Below are positions 12,340 through 23,590 of a stretch of 64,000 nt of DNA, in pieces. Origin of the DNA: Felis catus. Taxonomy: Eukaryota. The stretch spans positions 75,642,001 to 75,706,000 of the forward strand of contig NC_058368.1 in NCBI RefSeq assembly GCF_018350175.1. Direction: 5' to 3'. The translations under genes and the position numbers were made by a program. The notes below the pieces were generated by a model. The model was given only the letters and a program-made list of their open reading frames with translations, made no database searches and had not been told where the DNA came from. Numbering within the stretch: the stretch's first letter is position 1; each line of letters starts with the position of its first letter.

Positions 12340-14250
12340 TCCTTCCCATTTTATTTGTTTTTAAGCTTTATAAAAGTGTTCTTAACCTGTACGCAGTCTT
12401 CTGGGAGTTCCTTTTTCTCAACTCAAGGCTTCTAACATTTACCTGTGATTTACATGTAGCTACCCTCCACTCATGTTTCCTGCTGTAAAAGATTCCACTT
12501 TATTAATATATAGCAAATAATGCATCTATTCTCTAATGAAGTGATATTCTCTGACATATCTTACCCCTGACTCCTGCAGGAAATGTGCAGAAATCCTTCT
12601 TAGGAGAAAGCATGCATGAAGTGCTGGTCGTTCCATGTACAAATGCCAAATTGCTTCCCAAAGTGGTTGTAACAACTCATCTTCCCAAAGCAATGGCTAA
12701 AAATTCCTGCCGACCCATATCCTATCCAACACTTCATATTGTTGGACTCTTACTTTTTTCTGTATTTTACAAGTATAAACTGGTATCTCATTTTGGTTGT
12801 GATGGACGTTTCCATAATTAGTAGCGAAGTTTGACCTACGCGTTTCCTCTTCCAGGAAGTGTCTGTTCATGTCCTTTCACAAAATATCTGCTGGGAAAAT
12901 GTCTTTGTCTTCATATACATATATTGTAGATTCTAATCCTTGTCAGTTGTGTATGTTGCAAATGTCTTCTCCCAGATTTTGATTCATCTTTTAATTTTTT
13001 TGAATGTACAAAACTGAACAGAAATCCTGAATGTAGAGGAAACCCAAAGTATCAGTCTTTTCTTTTTTTTTTTTTTTAATTTTTTTTTCAACGTTTATTT
13101 ATTTTTGGGACAGAGAGAGACAGAGCATGAACGGGGGAGGGGCAGAGAGAGAGGGAGACACAGAATCAGAAGCAGGCTCCAGGCTCTGAGCCATCAGCCC
13201 AGAGCCCGACGCGGGGCTCGAACTCACGGACCGCGAGATCGTGACCTGGCTGAAGTCGACGCTTAACCAACTGCGCCACCCAGGCGCCCCAGTCTTTTCT
13301 TTTAATTAGTACATGTTGTGTCTATCAAGGAAATCCTTCCCTAAAGTCAGAAAGATATTGTCTTATTTTCTAAAATACCTTTGTCTATGTGTCTTGGGAG
13401 GCATCATTTCAACTTTAGGCATTACTTATGTGCCATACAAAAACATACAAATTATTCCTATTTATTCAATAGGACTTTCCATGCCCGCTCTGTTACATAT
13501 TAAAGCCCATGTGTATGTTCAGGGGCCTCAGTTCTTTTATATCGATTGATTTGTCTCCCTGAATTGCTATCGGTGTATTTTAAATTTTGATAATTTTGAA
13601 GGGCATATCCACTTCCTTCTTCTTCAGTTTCTTGGCTATTTTCACTCATTTTAGAATTCGCGTGACAAGGTCCGTGAAAAAACCTACTGGCATTGTGTTG
13701 GGCTCTTACGGAGTCTACATTTGGGGAGAATTGACATCTTTGGGACCTGGATTTCTTCCATCTCAGAAAAGGGTACTTACCTCACATAATTAAGTGCCTC
13801 GTAATGTAGACTTTTATTTTCTCAGCATATATTTTATAGATCTTTTGTAAGACTTATTCTCAGGGGACTTATCGTCTATACTGTTAGTGTGTACAATGTT
13901 TTTTGTCTGTTTGCTTATTTTATTTTTAAGTAGCTTTATTATGATATGATTAATGTAATGTATTTTTAATTGGTTTAAAAGCCTTTTAGCACACAGATAT
14001 GTTGAAAGTAGAGTTCTGTCATGATCTTAGGTCCGTATGCTATGCTACCCTTCTATTATTGCTAGTAATTTGCCTGCAGCATTTTTGTATCTGAAGGCAG
14101 TTAATTAAATTATCTATATCCATTCCTTCCAAATCCTTAAGCTTGTTTTCTTCTTTCTTTTTTCCTTGCACTGTTTTGGTTAAAGAGGAGCTAAGAGAGT
14201 GGGCATTCTTGTCTTGCTCTTGGTTTTAAAGTTAATGGTTTCCAATGCAG
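12340..14250 (-). mobile_element. Ancient L1 (L1M-type) 3' UTR/ORF2 fragments, interrupted by a SINE
   Basis: T-rich reverse L1 motifs: 'tgcttcccaaagtggttgta', 'aatccttgtcagttgtgtatgttgcaaatgtcttctccca', 'ttggggagaattgacatctt', 'gggcattcttgtcttgctc'. Confidence 0.7.
13067..13290 (-). mobile_element. Young SINEC_Fc-type SINE
   Basis: TSD AGTCTTTTCTTTT at 13054-13066 and 13291-13303. Confidence 0.97.
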
Positions 14251-14259
14251 CCCCGTTAA

Positions 14260-14660
14260 AGAAGTTATACACTTATTTTTATTTGTTTGCGATGCATTGT
14301 GCTTCCATATCCACAGTTTGTGTTTTTGATGATATCTGGATATTTTCAGCTATTATGTGTTTAAATATTGTATCTCTTCCATTTTTCTCTATTGTCTGTA
14401 ACTGTTACTTACATATGTTAGACCTTCTCATTTTATTCTCAATATACTTCTGTAATTTCTTCATATTTCAACTCCTTATTTCTCAATCTTCATTTTGTTA
14501 TATTGTTTATCTTATTGTATTTTCTAGTTCTCTCTTCAACTCTGTCTACTACATTGCAGAACTTTTCTATTTATACTTTCTTGACTATTTCACCTCTATG
14601 TACATTTTGGAATCCCACAGTACGTGTTGGACTCTCCCTCATAGATTCATGTATTTGATT
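14260..14660 (-). mobile_element. Ancient L1/HAL1 ORF1-region fragment
   Basis: T-rich motifs 'tggatattttcagctattat', 'catatgttagaccttctca' and 'ctcttcaactctgtcta'. Confidence 0.45.
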
Positions 14661-14675
14661 AACACACTAATTAAA

Positions 14676-14908
14676 GTGTGCCTGGGTGGCTCAGTCATTT
14701 AAGCTTCCGACTTCAGCTCAGGTCATGATCTCACAGCTCGTGAGTTCGAGCCCCACGTCAGGCTCTGTGCTGACAGCTCAGAGCCTGGAGGCTGCTTCGG
14801 ATCTGTGTCTCCCTCTCACGTCTCCCTCTCACTCTGCCCTTCCCCCACTCGCACTCTGTCTCTCTCTCTCTCAAAAATAAACATTAAAAAAATTTAAAAA
14901 AAAAACAT
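14676..14908 (+). mobile_element. CAN-SINE
   Basis: TSD ACACTAATTAAA at 14664-14675 and 14909-14920. Confidence 0.95.
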
Positions 14909-16639
14909 ACACTAATTAAAATTTTTTTCTGTCTCTGCAGAGAAGGAAAACACATGCTTCTTGCTTTGAGACGATGAATATTGGAATTACTGTAAATATT
15001 TTAATTAAAATTAAGGAAGTACTCTGTTGTGTGACATTCTACCAGCTAAGTACTGTCTATCAGAATCTGTAGCAATAAAACTGGTTAATTTTATGCCACA
15101 ATCCTGAGTCTCTGAGAGGTCTCGCCATTTAGGACGTATAAACTTAAAATGCAATTTTTTCTATATATTTGGTCTCTATTCGTTTACCATGACCTGACTA
15201 AAGAGGAAATTTTAGTTTATTCTTACTTGGTCATGTTTTTTCGTTAATGTCCACAGTCCAAAGAAATAAAGGGTGCTACTAATGAAAAAAAATGTATAGA
15301 ATACATGTAGCATAGAAGTTCCATTTGTTTTTAATTTTCTTTCTTTATTTCTGATAAGGACATCACTGATTGGCCTATGAAGTTGTGTCATTTTTATAAA
15401 TATTTATATATAATTATTATATTTCGTACTAACAATTCTAGTATTTTCAGTCTCTGAAGATACTAGAAGCTTCATTTACTTATATTCGTTTATTTGTGCC
15501 AGCTGATTCTCAGTCACAGGTAGCTTTCACCTTTCATGTATTTGTGTCTCTTTATTGGAAATTCATTACTGGACTTTAATATGCAGGAGTTTTATGGGCT
15601 TAATCTGGGACCTTCTAGAAGAGATTTGCCTTAGTCAATAGTCAGGGGATGCTACCACCCCTAACTTGTCAAGCCCTGCCTCCCTTGAGGATCCAGTTCT
15701 GTCCCCAAGTCCCAGACTCACTTTCCCTGTGCCTCTGATGATCCAACTCTTCCCATTTTCCATCACAGAGCTACTGGATATCGAATCAATTACATCATTT
15801 ATTTAAGCACAACCTACCTTTAATTCTTCACTGCGCTTGGTAGCTTAATTCTTCACTGCACTTGTGCATTGAGAGTTTACTTTGGAAACTATAATGAATG
15901 GTGAAATGCTATTTGAAAATGTCATTTCAGTGAAATTATGTTGGTCGTAAATAAAAACATTTGACATTGTTGAAGGTAATTTCTAAAAACTTAGTAACGA
16001 AGATTTTCTAATAGTATATATTCTTTTAAATTGAGACAACTCTTCTCTGAAGGAAACAAGTCCCAATAACCTACTAAAATATGTCGCTTCATTTTTATAT
16101 GCTGTAAGGAACTGAACCAAAAATCTGTATGAACTTTACATTCTCCTCCATACTAATTTTAAGCTAATATTGCAGAACTAATGACAGCCTTGAGAAATGC
16201 TATTATCAATTCCAGCTGTCTCTTGCATCAAGATACTCTGAATTACAGCAATATTTTAAGAAATGGAGCTCTGAATAAAATCCATTACAGACAAGCTTCT
16301 GTTTTAATACTTTTGCAGGCTCCTTTATATTGTGGTTATCTCCTTTCATCACCGGAAACATCTTAGGACAACCTGAGTTATTTTACTTCTTTTTTTGTTG
16401 TTGTTGCTGTGTTATTTTAATTACTTGGTTTTAGATTGTTTTGGCACTGAATCACTGGTCTTACTGAACGACTCACCCACAATCTCACAGTCTGGACCTT
16501 CTCCAACGGATCTATTTGCTAATCCCACCCACCTTCTCCCCGTCTCTGGGATCCACAACTGGTGTGCATCATCTCTTCCGGATTCTCCACTTTTTTGAAT
16601 ATGAAATTATAGCTCTGGTAGCTCAGATGTATCTAATCT

Positions 16640-16930
16640 ATTGAGAGTTTTAATAAAAGATGTATCCCATCTATTTTACAGCTTCTTCCCAGATTACTCA
16701 GATCAAAATAGACTCTCATTGTCCTGCATCTAATACAACCCTTATTACCCGGTGATATTTGTATTTACACGTGTTTATGTCCTCCATCGATGTCAAATTC
16801 CTAACCACAGGGATCTGCTCTACATACTTTGCTGTGTCTGTTTTAAAAGCCTCACTAATTTTTTTTTTTTTTTATTTAGCATCTATTGTATACCTGCTAC
16901 GTGAAAAACATTCTTTATTTGATTTGGTGA
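16640..16930 (+). mobile_element. L2 fragment
   Basis: L2 3'-region-like 'ttatgtcctccatcgatgtcaaattcctaaccacagggatct'. Confidence 0.4.
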
Positions 16931-17739
16931 TTCATAGACTGGATATGAAATACAAAATGTGACAAAACATTAGATAGGAAATTGGCTTGAAAGGGCTAAG
17001 ACTTACTGATTGTATGCCACCTTGCTAATAATCTGTGGTTGTTGGATGTTGGATCAATTTTCTTTACTTAAATACTTTTTAAATATTTTATTAACAAATT
17101 GTAGGAAACTGTCACATTGTCAACAAAGAACATATCCTTTTTTTTTTTTTTTTTACCATCAGACTTTCCTCTAGGGAAAGACATATATTTCTGATTACAA
17201 ATATTGATTCCGAAGGGCCTAAATTACAAATGTAACTTCAAGAGGGCTGAAGATCTCCCCTTGTCCTACTATAGTCCAATCTTCCATGGATGTTTCAACC
17301 GGCCCATGCTTAAAATTCTCTCACACCCAACCTGAGTTTTCCAGGCAAAAAATAAAATCGATGCATATACCAACAATGCCAACAAAACAGGGTAGTATCA
17401 GTTGCAATGAATTTTTAAAAAATCATTTCACCTGCTTGTATAATGTTCACAATATTTTTATATAAATATTACTTGTAGAATACCATATTTTTCATATTTC
17501 GTTTTTAATACCATGTATATAAGCCAAAGCAGTTATAAAACATTTTGGAAACGGGGTTCTTCTAACAGACCCTACGTCCAAATAATCCTTCCCTCTGTGC
17601 AGCTTAAGTTAAATCGATCACGTCTCTCTAGGGGCGTCATTTCAGCGTGTTTCTTCCCTCCCTGCTTCTCCCCAGCAGATGAGATGGGGAATAATCCTTT
17701 CCTTCTTCACTGCAAAAACCACCCCCTTGTCCCTAACCT

Positions 17740-18050
17740 TAGAGCTTTTACCTGTGACTTCATCTATTCTCTCTCTTGTATTAAATTTCCTTTTCCATTT
17801 ACTCACCTCCGTCCCTTCCAGGACCCACCACACGTGGCTAATATAAAAGAATAAATGGGCACTTAACATCTTCTATACTTTGCTATGTATAACCTATGCA
17901 TTTTACTCCTGTCTTACGTTAATTGCCTGTGTCCTATATTGTAACATAACTGGAACAGTCATATCTATTTTGTGTACCGTTACACCTTCGCCTACAAGAG
18001 TACCTGACATATAATAAAAGCTCCATTAACATTTGTTGAGCGAAGGAGTC
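17740..18050 (+). mobile_element. L2 3' fragment
   Basis: Ends in the L2-like 'gtacctgacatataataaaagctccattaacatttgttga'. Confidence 0.55.
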
Positions 18051-18907
18051 GATAAATGGAGTCCACCTTTCACCCAGTCATTGCTGTCAGAAATCTGAGA
18101 ATTACTCTCATGGCCGTCCCACGAATGTCTCATGCGTGACAAAGTCTTTCCTTTCTAAACTCTAAACCTATTTGATATGTATCCACTCTTCTGCTCCCCC
18201 TACCGTTATGTGTATGTGTATTCTAAAGGAATCATTCTACCCATTGTCTTCAGGACACAGGATGAGCTACTTAGCACGATAGACCTATCTGTGTGTTATT
18301 TGTCCACTAGGATGCATTATTTACCACCCCTTGCACAAATGCCCCTTAAACCAGATGGAATGTTCTGTAGTTCTTTAAAATACAATATTCTTCTGGTCTC
18401 TCGATCTCTCTCTGTCTCATAGAGAAATATGCACACACATCCGCCATTATACCTCTTGATTAAACCTCTTCCTGAGCGCCCCTCAAAACTCATTCGTAGA
18501 CGCCCTTTTCTTCTCTTACATACGGTTTTGGGATGATCCCCTCCAGTGGCAGGGCAGTACACCCTTGTATATGCTGACCACCTGTAATTTTGGCTCCCAA
18601 CTCTTTCTAAGTCCAAGACTTATATATGCAACGACCTGCTCAGAATCTCTGGCTAAAAATGGAATACGAATTTTACATTTTACAGTCCTAAAACATATTT
18701 ATTAATTGTCCATAACTATCCAGCCCGGATCAAAACCCAACACCACCACGTATCCAACTGCTCACACCAAAGTGTAGGGGTCATCGTTGGCTTCTCACTT
18801 CCCTTGTAATTGGTAATTTGGGTGGCTAATTTGGGTGGTAATTTGGGTGGCTTGCACCTTTCAACCAGAGGATGGCTTTAGCCTACCAACGGGTTTCTCT
18901 GATTTTT

Positions 18908-19164
18908 TTTTTAACGTTTATTCATTTTTTGGGAGACAGAGAGAGCAGGAGAGCGGGGGAGGAGCAGAGAGAGAGGGAGACACAGACTCCGAAGCAGGCT
19001 CCAGGCTCTGAGCTGTCAGCACAGAGCCTGACGCGGGACTCGAACTCATGAGCTATGAGATCATGACCTGAGCCGAAGTCGGACGCTCAACCAACTCAAG
19101 GACCGTGATATCATGACCTGAGCTGAAGTTGAGCACTTAACCACCTGAGCCACCCAGGCGCCCC
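18908..19164 (-). mobile_element. CAN-SINE with internal 50-bp duplication
   Basis: TSD GGTTTCTCTGATTTTT at 18892-18907 and 19166-19181. Segment 19043-19092 is repeated at 19093-19142. Confidence 0.95.
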
Positions 19165-19579
19165 TGGTTTCTCTGATTTTTATGCTTGATCTCCTAAGAA
19201 CAATTTTCTACAAGGCAACCCGAGTAATTGTTTAAAGTAACCAAAGTCATATAAAATCATTCTCTGGCCTCCCATTACGTTCAAAATATAGTCCCACTTC
19301 TCTACCGTAACCGACAGGGCCCTTCATGATATAAGCCCTCCCTCCCTCTCAGATAATTCCTACCACGTCTAGTCTTGTTCTCTGCACCTCAGCCACACCG
19401 TCTCCTTTCTGCACCTCAGTCTCAACACCTTCCTCTTTTTCCTCGGGGCTTTTCCATTTGCACCTTTCTCTGCCTGGAAAATTCTTTCCCCAGATTTTCG
19501 TTTTATTACTTTATTCAGATTCCTGCTCAAACGTCAGTTCCTTAGGGAAGCAGCCTGTGCACTTGTCAAGTGGACCCTT

Positions 19580-19980
19580 CTTTGAGCCACCCCGAGTCTC
19601 CTTTTGGACCAAAGCTCCCTGTCCTCTGGCACCAGGATCATGACTTGATGTTAGCACTCAGCTCAGTCCTTCCTAGGAAAGAGGGTTGCCTCACCCAAGT
19701 TATGATCACCCCCGGGGGTAGTCTGTGATGGTGGCTGTGTGACAAGAGGCACCTGGTTCCTTTGCTTCAGTTCACAAAATTCCTCAAAGAGTCATCCCAG
19801 CCCTCGAGTTCCATGTGGAATCCACTAGGGCTTGTTAGAGCAGCCACTGCAACCCCTCTTTGTGCTTAGTCCTGCATCATTCACACCCTCTAAAACGTTG
19901 TTTCTCAGAGACTTCCCCCATAATCTTGCACGCCAATAGCCGTTCCATAATCTGTTTCTGAAGAAGCCAACCTAGGCCGA
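19580..19980 (+). mobile_element. LTR16-like ERVL LTR
   Basis: 'ttgcctcacccaagttatg', 'catcccagccctcgagttcc' and the end 'cttgcacgccaat...ctgtttctgaagaagccaacct' match the recalled LTR16 layout. Confidence 0.65.
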
Positions 19981-20879
19981 AGACGCTATGTCGCAACTCC
20001 TTGCTCCATAAGACTTTATCCCAATGATTTGACTCACCTTTTTTTCCTAGCTTTTCTCAACACCTGATGTTAAATTAAATATTTATAAGTTCTCTTTGAA
20101 TACGCCACAGCACAACTGGAACGGGATGTCCCGAGGGGCAAAGGTTTTTGTGTCTCGTTCCCCACTCTATTTCCATCATCCAGGAAATGCTCGCCATCTA
20201 CATGACGTGACTGAAGGTGTTCCGTGAACACAGTGAGACGCAAAGAAACTCCAGTTTATACAGACTTTGAGCATTTGTTAGTATGTTATTTGGTGGTCCA
20301 GTCATTTAAAAATGTTCCTCAGACATCTGTTGTGTTTTCACATAGATCTCTCTTCTGAAGATAATAGGAATAAAATGTGTGCTTGAATTTCTAACACTCA
20401 CAGTGTTACCAAGAGGGAGGACGGTGCACTGACAAATAAGCAAACACTTTTTCCAATGACTTCAGTGCACATGTACATTTGTCTAAAAGGTGAACTCAGT
20501 GTTCAGGGAACAGTGTGTTTACCTTTACCTGGTAGTGAAAAAAAAAAAAGAGAGAGAGAGAGAGATTTGAACAAACTTAAAATAAGGAGTGGGCACTTGA
20601 TACAGAGGAGGAAATGCAGGTGAGCTAGAATCCTAAACAGAGTCCTCTAAATGCACAAAGGAAAGAAGATAAGAAAGAAACTGTTTTTCCTGACTATTTA
20701 TGAGTAATGTAGAAGGGCTGCAGTCCGGGAATTAAAAAGACCAACGTGACGTGACGAAAATAGAATATTTTTTTAAGAGTTGAACTGTAAAGGATTTTTG
20801 GACAATGTGCTCAGACTGGTGGTGATAGGAAGCCGTCGAATAATTTTACGCAATGGAATGACATTGAAAGACATTGAAT

Positions 20880-21059
20880 GACAGAGACAGAGCGTGAATG
20901 GGGGAGGGTCAGAGAGAGAGGGAGACACAGAATCTGAAACAGGCTCTGGGCTCTGAGCCGTCAGCATAGAGCCCGACGTGGGGCTCAAACTCACAGACCG
21001 TGAGATCATGACCTGAGCCGAAGTTGGACGCATAATCGACTGAGCCACCCAGGCGCCCC
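20880..21059 (-). mobile_element. CAN-SINE lacking its 3' tail
   Basis: Reverse body begins abruptly at 'gacagagacagagc', with no poly-T and no TSD. Confidence 0.93.
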
Positions 21060-21084
21060 ATCTAATCTCTTTTTAAATACATTA

Positions 21085-21245
21085 CCCCACTTAGCCACCC
21101 ATGAGTTAGTTACCACCAACCACATTTTAGAGGCTGAGGTACATCAAGATGAAACAGCTTGCTCTCGGTTACAAAGTTCCATTTCGCGAAGCAGAAATCA
21201 GTCTGTCAATAGATTGGGAAGTACCTAATTTTACTCTGCCAACTT
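21085..21245. mobile_element. MIR fragment
   Basis: 'cacattttagaggctgagg...gcttgctctcggttacaa'. Confidence 0.45.
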
Positions 21246-22158
21246 CAGGTAAGCATCTCACCCTCCTTATTTCCTTTCACTCAGTCCTTCAGGCTCTTTC
21301 CCCAACTAGGCAAACCACTAGCCATGCTTCCATACATGACTTACTGCTTTCTGTTCGCGTGAATTCTTACGGGCAATGGGCGCACAGGCACGTTCGCAAT
21401 TCTCACCTCACCCTCGAGAACCTTCCAGGACTCTGCCCAAAAGTCTCAATTAAACGCTACGCCCCCATTTCCTCAAGCATTTGAATCTCATGGATATACT
21501 AGTGTTTTCCCTGGTTGATTAAGTTGTCCCTATTTATCACGTTTTAATTGCATCCTCCTTAAGTCTTCTTAATGCGAGAATTTACATCAAACAGTGAATT
21601 CTGTAGTTCCCCGTGGCCTTGATTGAATACAGCTGTGTTTAATGAATCCTGTTTACTGACCTGTTAGCAGCTCATGATTCCAAAGATATTCCTGAAGCGC
21701 TTCCTTTGCCAGAGAGCCTGCCAGTGGCTGGAAACACTGAGAAGGTCCCAGATCCAGGACGAGGCCTTACGAGCCACCTTTCGGGAGGTGACTCCCCACA
21801 TGTGCAGGCAGTGAAGTTGGCCGAGAAGCGCTCGGGGGAAGAGGACCACCCCTCCACACCCCACCCCTCCCCGCCTAGTGGCTCCATGAAGCAACAGAAG
21901 TCATACCTCATTCAGCAAGAACAGAGAGGAGAATTAAGAACTGGACAAAATGATCCAACAACGACCCAGCCCAAATGCCTTACTCCCTACGGTCCCTGTG
22001 CCAAAAAGCATCCTGAGGAGAGCTGCTGTTTTCTGTCTGGGAGAAGGTTAGCTGGCTCTGAGCCTTCCTCTCTTGTGCGCTGTCTTCCCTTCTCCCTGCC
22101 CCCTTGCTCGCCCCAGGTTTCCCTTCTCCCTCACATAGGTCTCTCTCCCATTTCTTAC

Positions 22159-22383
22159 TTTTTTTTTTTTATTTTTTTTTCAACGTTTATTTATTTGTGG
22201 GACAGAGAGAGACAGAGCATGAACGGGGGAGGGGCAGAGAGAGAGGGAGACACAGAATCAGAAACAGGCTCCAGGCTCCGAGCCATCAGCCCAGAGCCCG
22301 ACGCGGGGCTCGAACTCACAGACCGCGAGATCGTGACCTGGCTGAAGTCGGACGCTTAACTGACTGCGCCACCCAGGCGCCCC
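22159..22383 (-). mobile_element. Young SINEC_Fc-type SINE
   Basis: CpG-rich body with near-perfect TSD ccat(t/c)tcttact. Confidence 0.97.
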
Positions 22384-22693
22384 ACCATCTCTTACTATTT
22401 ATTTACTTTGCCGTCTTTTTTTTTTCTGCCAAAACACATCTCTCCACTTGGAGCAGACTCATCAAACAACCCTCTGTCCGTTGGTTCCCTTGCCTTGGCA
22501 CTCGGCACCTTTTTAAGATCTTCCAAGCTACTTATTTCTTAACTCAGGGCCTGGACATTGGCTTCCCTATCTCCATTTAATGGCTGCCATTTCTCCTTTC
22601 CTTTACCCTCACCCCCTACCAGATTACATTCTAATCATCCTTTGTATTTTACCTCAAATACTTCTTTCTCGAGGCTAAGTGACAAGTATGATT

Positions 22694-22917
22694 GGGGCTC
22701 CTGGGGGGCTCAGTCGGTTGGGCATCCGACTTCGGTTCAGGTCATGATCTTGCGGGTTCGTGGGTTTGAGCCCCCTGTCAGTCTCTGTGCTGACAGCCCA
22801 GAGCCTGGAGCCTGCTTGGGTTCTGTGTCTCCGTCTCTCTCTGCCACTCCCCTGCTCGTGCTCTGTCTCTCTCTCTCTCAAAAATAAATAAACATTAAAA
22901 ATTTGTTTTTTAAAAAA
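22694..22917 (+). mobile_element. CAN-SINE
   Basis: Head 'ggggctcctggggggctcagtcgg', CT tract and A tail. Confidence 0.94.
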
Positions 22918-22980
22918 GGCACGATTATATGTATCACAAAGAGCCATTACTATTTTTCAGGGTCTGTTTTATAAAATAAG

Positions 22981-23108
22981 TATTAATATATATAAGTTTA
23001 TATGCACATATGTTTGCATTTTATGTGTACCTATGTAACTGTATATGAATTTCCATATGTACACATAAAATACAAATATATGTGCATATAAATTTATATG
23101 TATTAATA
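22981..23108. repeat. AT-rich inverted repeat, 55-bp arms, 18-nt spacer
   Basis: 22981-23035 is the reverse complement of 23054-23108 at 50 of 55 positions (manual alignment). Confidence 0.9.
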
Positions 23109-23184
23109 TCTGTTTTATACTCATTTAAAGTTAAATTCATATACATGTAAATATTTCTCTCCAAGCTTACATAGTAGTCATTTT

Positions 23185-23310
23185 TATAATCATCATTTTC
23201 ATAAGCCGAAACTATGGGGCAGATGTGCTAAGTAGCTTGCGCATGGCCGCACATCGACTAGGAGGTAGAGATGGGTTTTGAACTTGGCCAGCTCTGAGTC
23301 CGGATGCCAG
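23185..23310. mobile_element. MIR fragment
   Basis: 'ctaagtagcttgcgcatggccgcaca...ggtagagatgggttttgaac...ctctgagtcc'. Confidence 0.6.
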
Positions 23311-23440
23311 TGACTGTCTTGAGTCCCTGAGTCTAGGTTAGAGTTCTCCGATAAATGGTCCCTCGGAACCCTTTACGCTTCCTCTCCTCTCTTCTTTCTA
23401 CGGGTATTTATTCAAATAATGATGTATTCCATGGTTTTTC

Positions 23441-23473
<33 letters not shown>

Positions 23474-23484
23474 TTCAGCCAGGC

Positions 23485-23590
23485 CCCAGGCTCCATGAGG
23501 GCAGGGACGACATCTGTTTGTTTTCTAGTATCTCTGTGCTGACACAGGCCTGGCACGGAGCGGCTCTCAGTAAATGCTTGTGCACAGACT
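23485..23590 (+). mobile_element. L2 3' end
   Basis: 'gctccatgagggcagggac...gcctggcacggagcggctctcagtaaatgcttg'. Confidence 0.7.

Larger units (their letters stand above)
18560..20230 (+). mobile_element. L2 fragments, interrupted by a SINE and an LTR16
   Basis: Motifs 'tggcctcccattac', 'ctctgcacctcagccacac', 'tctgcctggaa' and 'gctcaaacgtcagttccttagggaagc'. Confidence 0.6.

Noticed and set aside
14199..14702. 167-aa hydrophobic ORF suggesting a membrane protein
   Set aside because: It is the T-rich antisense reading of an old L1 fragment.
21706..22580. Longest ORFs in the track (217 aa and 158 aa)
   Set aside because: They run through an antisense SINE. Peptides such as DRERQSMNGGGAEREGDTES recur at every SINEC copy and are not genes.
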